From positions 3,986,690 through 4,050,689 of the forward strand of contig JBNZDD010013678.1 in assembly GCA_050575255.1 (NCBI GenBank): a DNA stretch of 64,000 nt, in the 5' to 3' direction. Under the pieces are notes generated by a model, which saw only the letters and a program-made list of their open reading frames with translations, ran no database searches and was not told the DNA's origin. Made by a program: the position numbers and the translations under genes. The DNA comes from Harriotta raleighana. Lineage: Eukaryota. Shown here piece by piece: positions 61,216 through 64,000 of the stretch. Positions within the stretch are counted from its first letter, which is position 1; every line of letters begins with the position of its first letter.

Positions 61216-62577
61216 TATCCTCTTCAAAGGAAATGTATTATCTGTTGGCAATGTCAATCTATTGTACAGTACACTAAGAAAATGCACCAAAAAGCACCAA
61301 TTAATATCTGGATGCTCAGATTTCTATTGTGAAATGTGTGCCCAGTGAAAGTGACCTAGACAGGGTATCCCACAGAATGTCTGGTACTCACTAGCTCATG
61401 ATTATTGGGATTTTCTATGGAATCCTTCATCCAGCATCAAAATCAATAGAATAATCTCACAGAAATGTTGCTGTGTAGAACTGTCAGCTGGTGAAGCACC
61501 AGTGGTAGTACATTTAATGTTATTATCAGACTGGATGGATTGCAGCTTCTGTTTATTAGCTCTCAAAGGACTGACAAGGTCAGACCACTGCTAACTTAAT
61601 GGTATCTTTTTTATATATTAATTATATTCGTGTCTGCCATCTTTTCAAAAACGTAGGAGTTGGGTAGAAATGCTGTAAATGATGTGATAATTGTTGCTGG
61701 TAATAATTATCGCACACTACACTCGAGCTCTCTTAATATTTTAATCAGAGCGCCTGGAGTTTTATGATTGAGCCTATAACAAAGAGAAATGTTACACACA
61801 AGCAATGTATATATGTGTGTGATTTTCTGGGGCTGCGTTTGATTTTGAGACTGTGTGACTGCGTAACACAACACATCAGCACATGTATACATCTAACAAC
61901 GGGAAGTTCTTTTTGCTAATGGAAGATAGCCATGTTGGGTGGTTTTGCTTAATGGGAGCCTTTTGAAGCTTTCAGGGTAGAGGATCCAGCTCTATCACAT
62001 AACCTTGTGCAAAATAGAATCAATTTTATAAAACTGGCTTCTTTCTGCTTCCCAATGGATGAACATAAGAACATAATAATTCGCTGGAATTTGAAAAAAT
62101 CTTATTGAAAATTTCGGATCAAATATTGGAAATGTACAAGATCAAAAATGCATTTGCATTGCCCAAATCAGGGAACATTGGATTGAAATCTGTTCTCTTT
62201 AAAAAAAAGTGCACCATGCATTTTAGCAGCATTGATGCGTCTTTTCGTGTTTGTTTTTTATATTAAAAATCCTTTGTATAGAGATATTTTCACAAGCAAG
62301 GCAGCTTTTCCCCTGCAAGGATAAGTAGTGCAAGGCAGAGTGAGGTTGCCCAACCATGAGGCTGAGATCACAAGGTCAAATCAATACAGATTTTGAGAGT
62401 GAATAAATTAAAGCATCTCAAGAAAGAATGGGCACTTATAAGGCAGCAAAACTTCCCACTCTGAGGTCAATCAGGCCTTCTCAAGTACAGATGCATTTCA
62501 AAGCTAAATTGATAGACAATACATCTCAGGAAAAAAAAGGCCGTAGAGGCTAAAAAGATTCCTGTTAGAAATCAATG

Positions 62578-62908
62578 AATAATAATAATAATCCTTGCAT
62601 TTGATATAGCGCTTTTCACATCTTATCAACGTCCCAAAGCGCTTCACAGAATATACTGTAAAGTGAATTGACTGTATATTTGTGGGCGGAACGCGGCAGC
62701 CAATTGCGCACAGCAGTGTCCCACAAACAGTCATGGATTGAAATGACCAATTTTATAATTGTAGTTTTTTTTGGAGGGATTATTATTAGGCATGTGGAGT
62801 AAGGAAACTTGCCCAAGGTTTCGCCCTGATCTGCCTGGATTCGAACACAGGTCTCATGCTTGTAAGGCATGTAAGATGAGTGCTCTAACCACTGAGACAC
62901 AGGAGCTC
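62578..62908 (-). mobile_element. Full-length young SINE, least diverged copy
   Basis: Reverse complement of 32040-32340. Several CpGs are retained (GGAACGCGGCAGCCAATTGCGCAC) and there is a short duplication TGTAAG in the anticodon arm. Confidence 0.93.
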
Positions 62909-63052
62909 CACATAATAGATTCTTCCTTTTTTTTCACACACCTACTGAGTGAAACAAGCCTCAAAATGGGGTAAAATTTTAGAGCAGTGTTTCTGTTTGT
63001 GGAAAAAACACTTTCGCTGTGCACAAACAAGCACAACAGTACCGTTCGTAAC

Positions 63053-63205
63053 AATAAAAATAATGCTTGCATTTGATACAGCGCCTTATTATGTCTTCGA
63101 GTCGCCTCAAAGCATTTCACGTAATATCCTGTAAAGTGAATTGACTGTGTATTTTGTGGGCAAAATGCGGTGCCCAATTGCGCATAGCAATATCCCACAA
63201 ACAGT
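63053..63205 (-). mobile_element. Young SINE 3' half
   Basis: CTTGCATTTGATACAGCGCC...GTAAAGTGAATTGACTG...CCAATTGCGCATAGC...CCCACAAACAG. Confidence 0.85.
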
Positions 63206-64000
63206 TCATGTCAGGCGCTATACAAATATTGTATTGTATTTTGTATTGTGTATAGAAGAATGTTTACGTTTGTGATATGATTCTGGAATGTTTTAGAGAG
63301 TTGTACTTACCGAAAAACTAATTCCTGAATGTCCAAAAAAAATCAGGGAGGGAACTATAGAGTGCATGCTGTGATAATTATCACCAGAGACTAATGAAAA
63401 GATTGAAAAACTAAATGTTTCTGTGGGGTCGATGGCATAGTTCTCTCTAGCTTTTGTTCACACTTTTACAACGTTCAGAAATTCTAAACGTCATTTCCCA
63501 CTCCTTTTGTGAATATTTAGAAGTTAAGACCTAAGTTAATATGGATTTACCAAGTAAAGTGATTAGCCCCCACTGTTCCATGATGGTGGTCTTTCCAAGA
63601 GGAGTAAAGCAGTGTACACACTTTGTCCGCTTCTGAGAGGGATGTTACAATGAGCCCTTTTCAGCACATGATTTCTCCTCTACCTTCTCTCTAAAATCAA
63701 ACAGCTTAAACCTGACTGCCATAAAACGAAAATGAAAATCTTGTACCAACAAGTCAGGTTCCATGCTTTAGTGAATAATGATACTAGCCAATTTTAAGTC
63801 CAATTCATCTGAATCCGTTTCACCAAAGGAAAGGTAAACAGCAAAGACAGAGGGGTCCTGAGATGGCTGCGTGCCAGTGCACACACATACCTTCCAAATT
63901 ACAGGCAATAAAGGGGAACTGTATGAGAGTACCAGATGGTATTCCTTGCACTGCCTGAAATAAAGAGGCGAATAGCATGCCCTGAGGTGTATAGAAGAAA

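Overview
Vertebrate nuclear DNA, AT-rich and CpG-poor. I see no recognisable host protein-coding exon, RNA gene, CRISPR array or prokaryotic system. The repeat content points to a cartilaginous fish, most likely a chimaera such as Callorhinchus milii (inference from remembered repeat families, not a database hit). That content comprises young tRNA-head/Deu-core/L2-tail SINEs, older SacSINE1-like and AmnSINE2-like SINEs, CR1 LINEs with (ATTCTATG)n tails and L2 LINEs with (TTG)n tails. The window reads as a gene desert or very large intron. It holds many 5'-truncated retroelements, including a 2 kb CR1 RT remnant at 48967-50973, between unique AT-rich blocks that look like conserved non-coding enhancers, most clearly 27.3-32.0 kb. 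The only ORFs with recognisable protein motifs are LINE remnants. Four single-N gaps each sit between near-identical duplicated segments and look like haplotype assembly artefacts. The best leads are the SINE/L2 shared tail, a nested SINE with a 7-bp target-site duplication, a possible LF-SINE-related element, an old palindromic element, the CNE-like cluster and a few plus-strand exon candidates. I found no convincing novel biological system.
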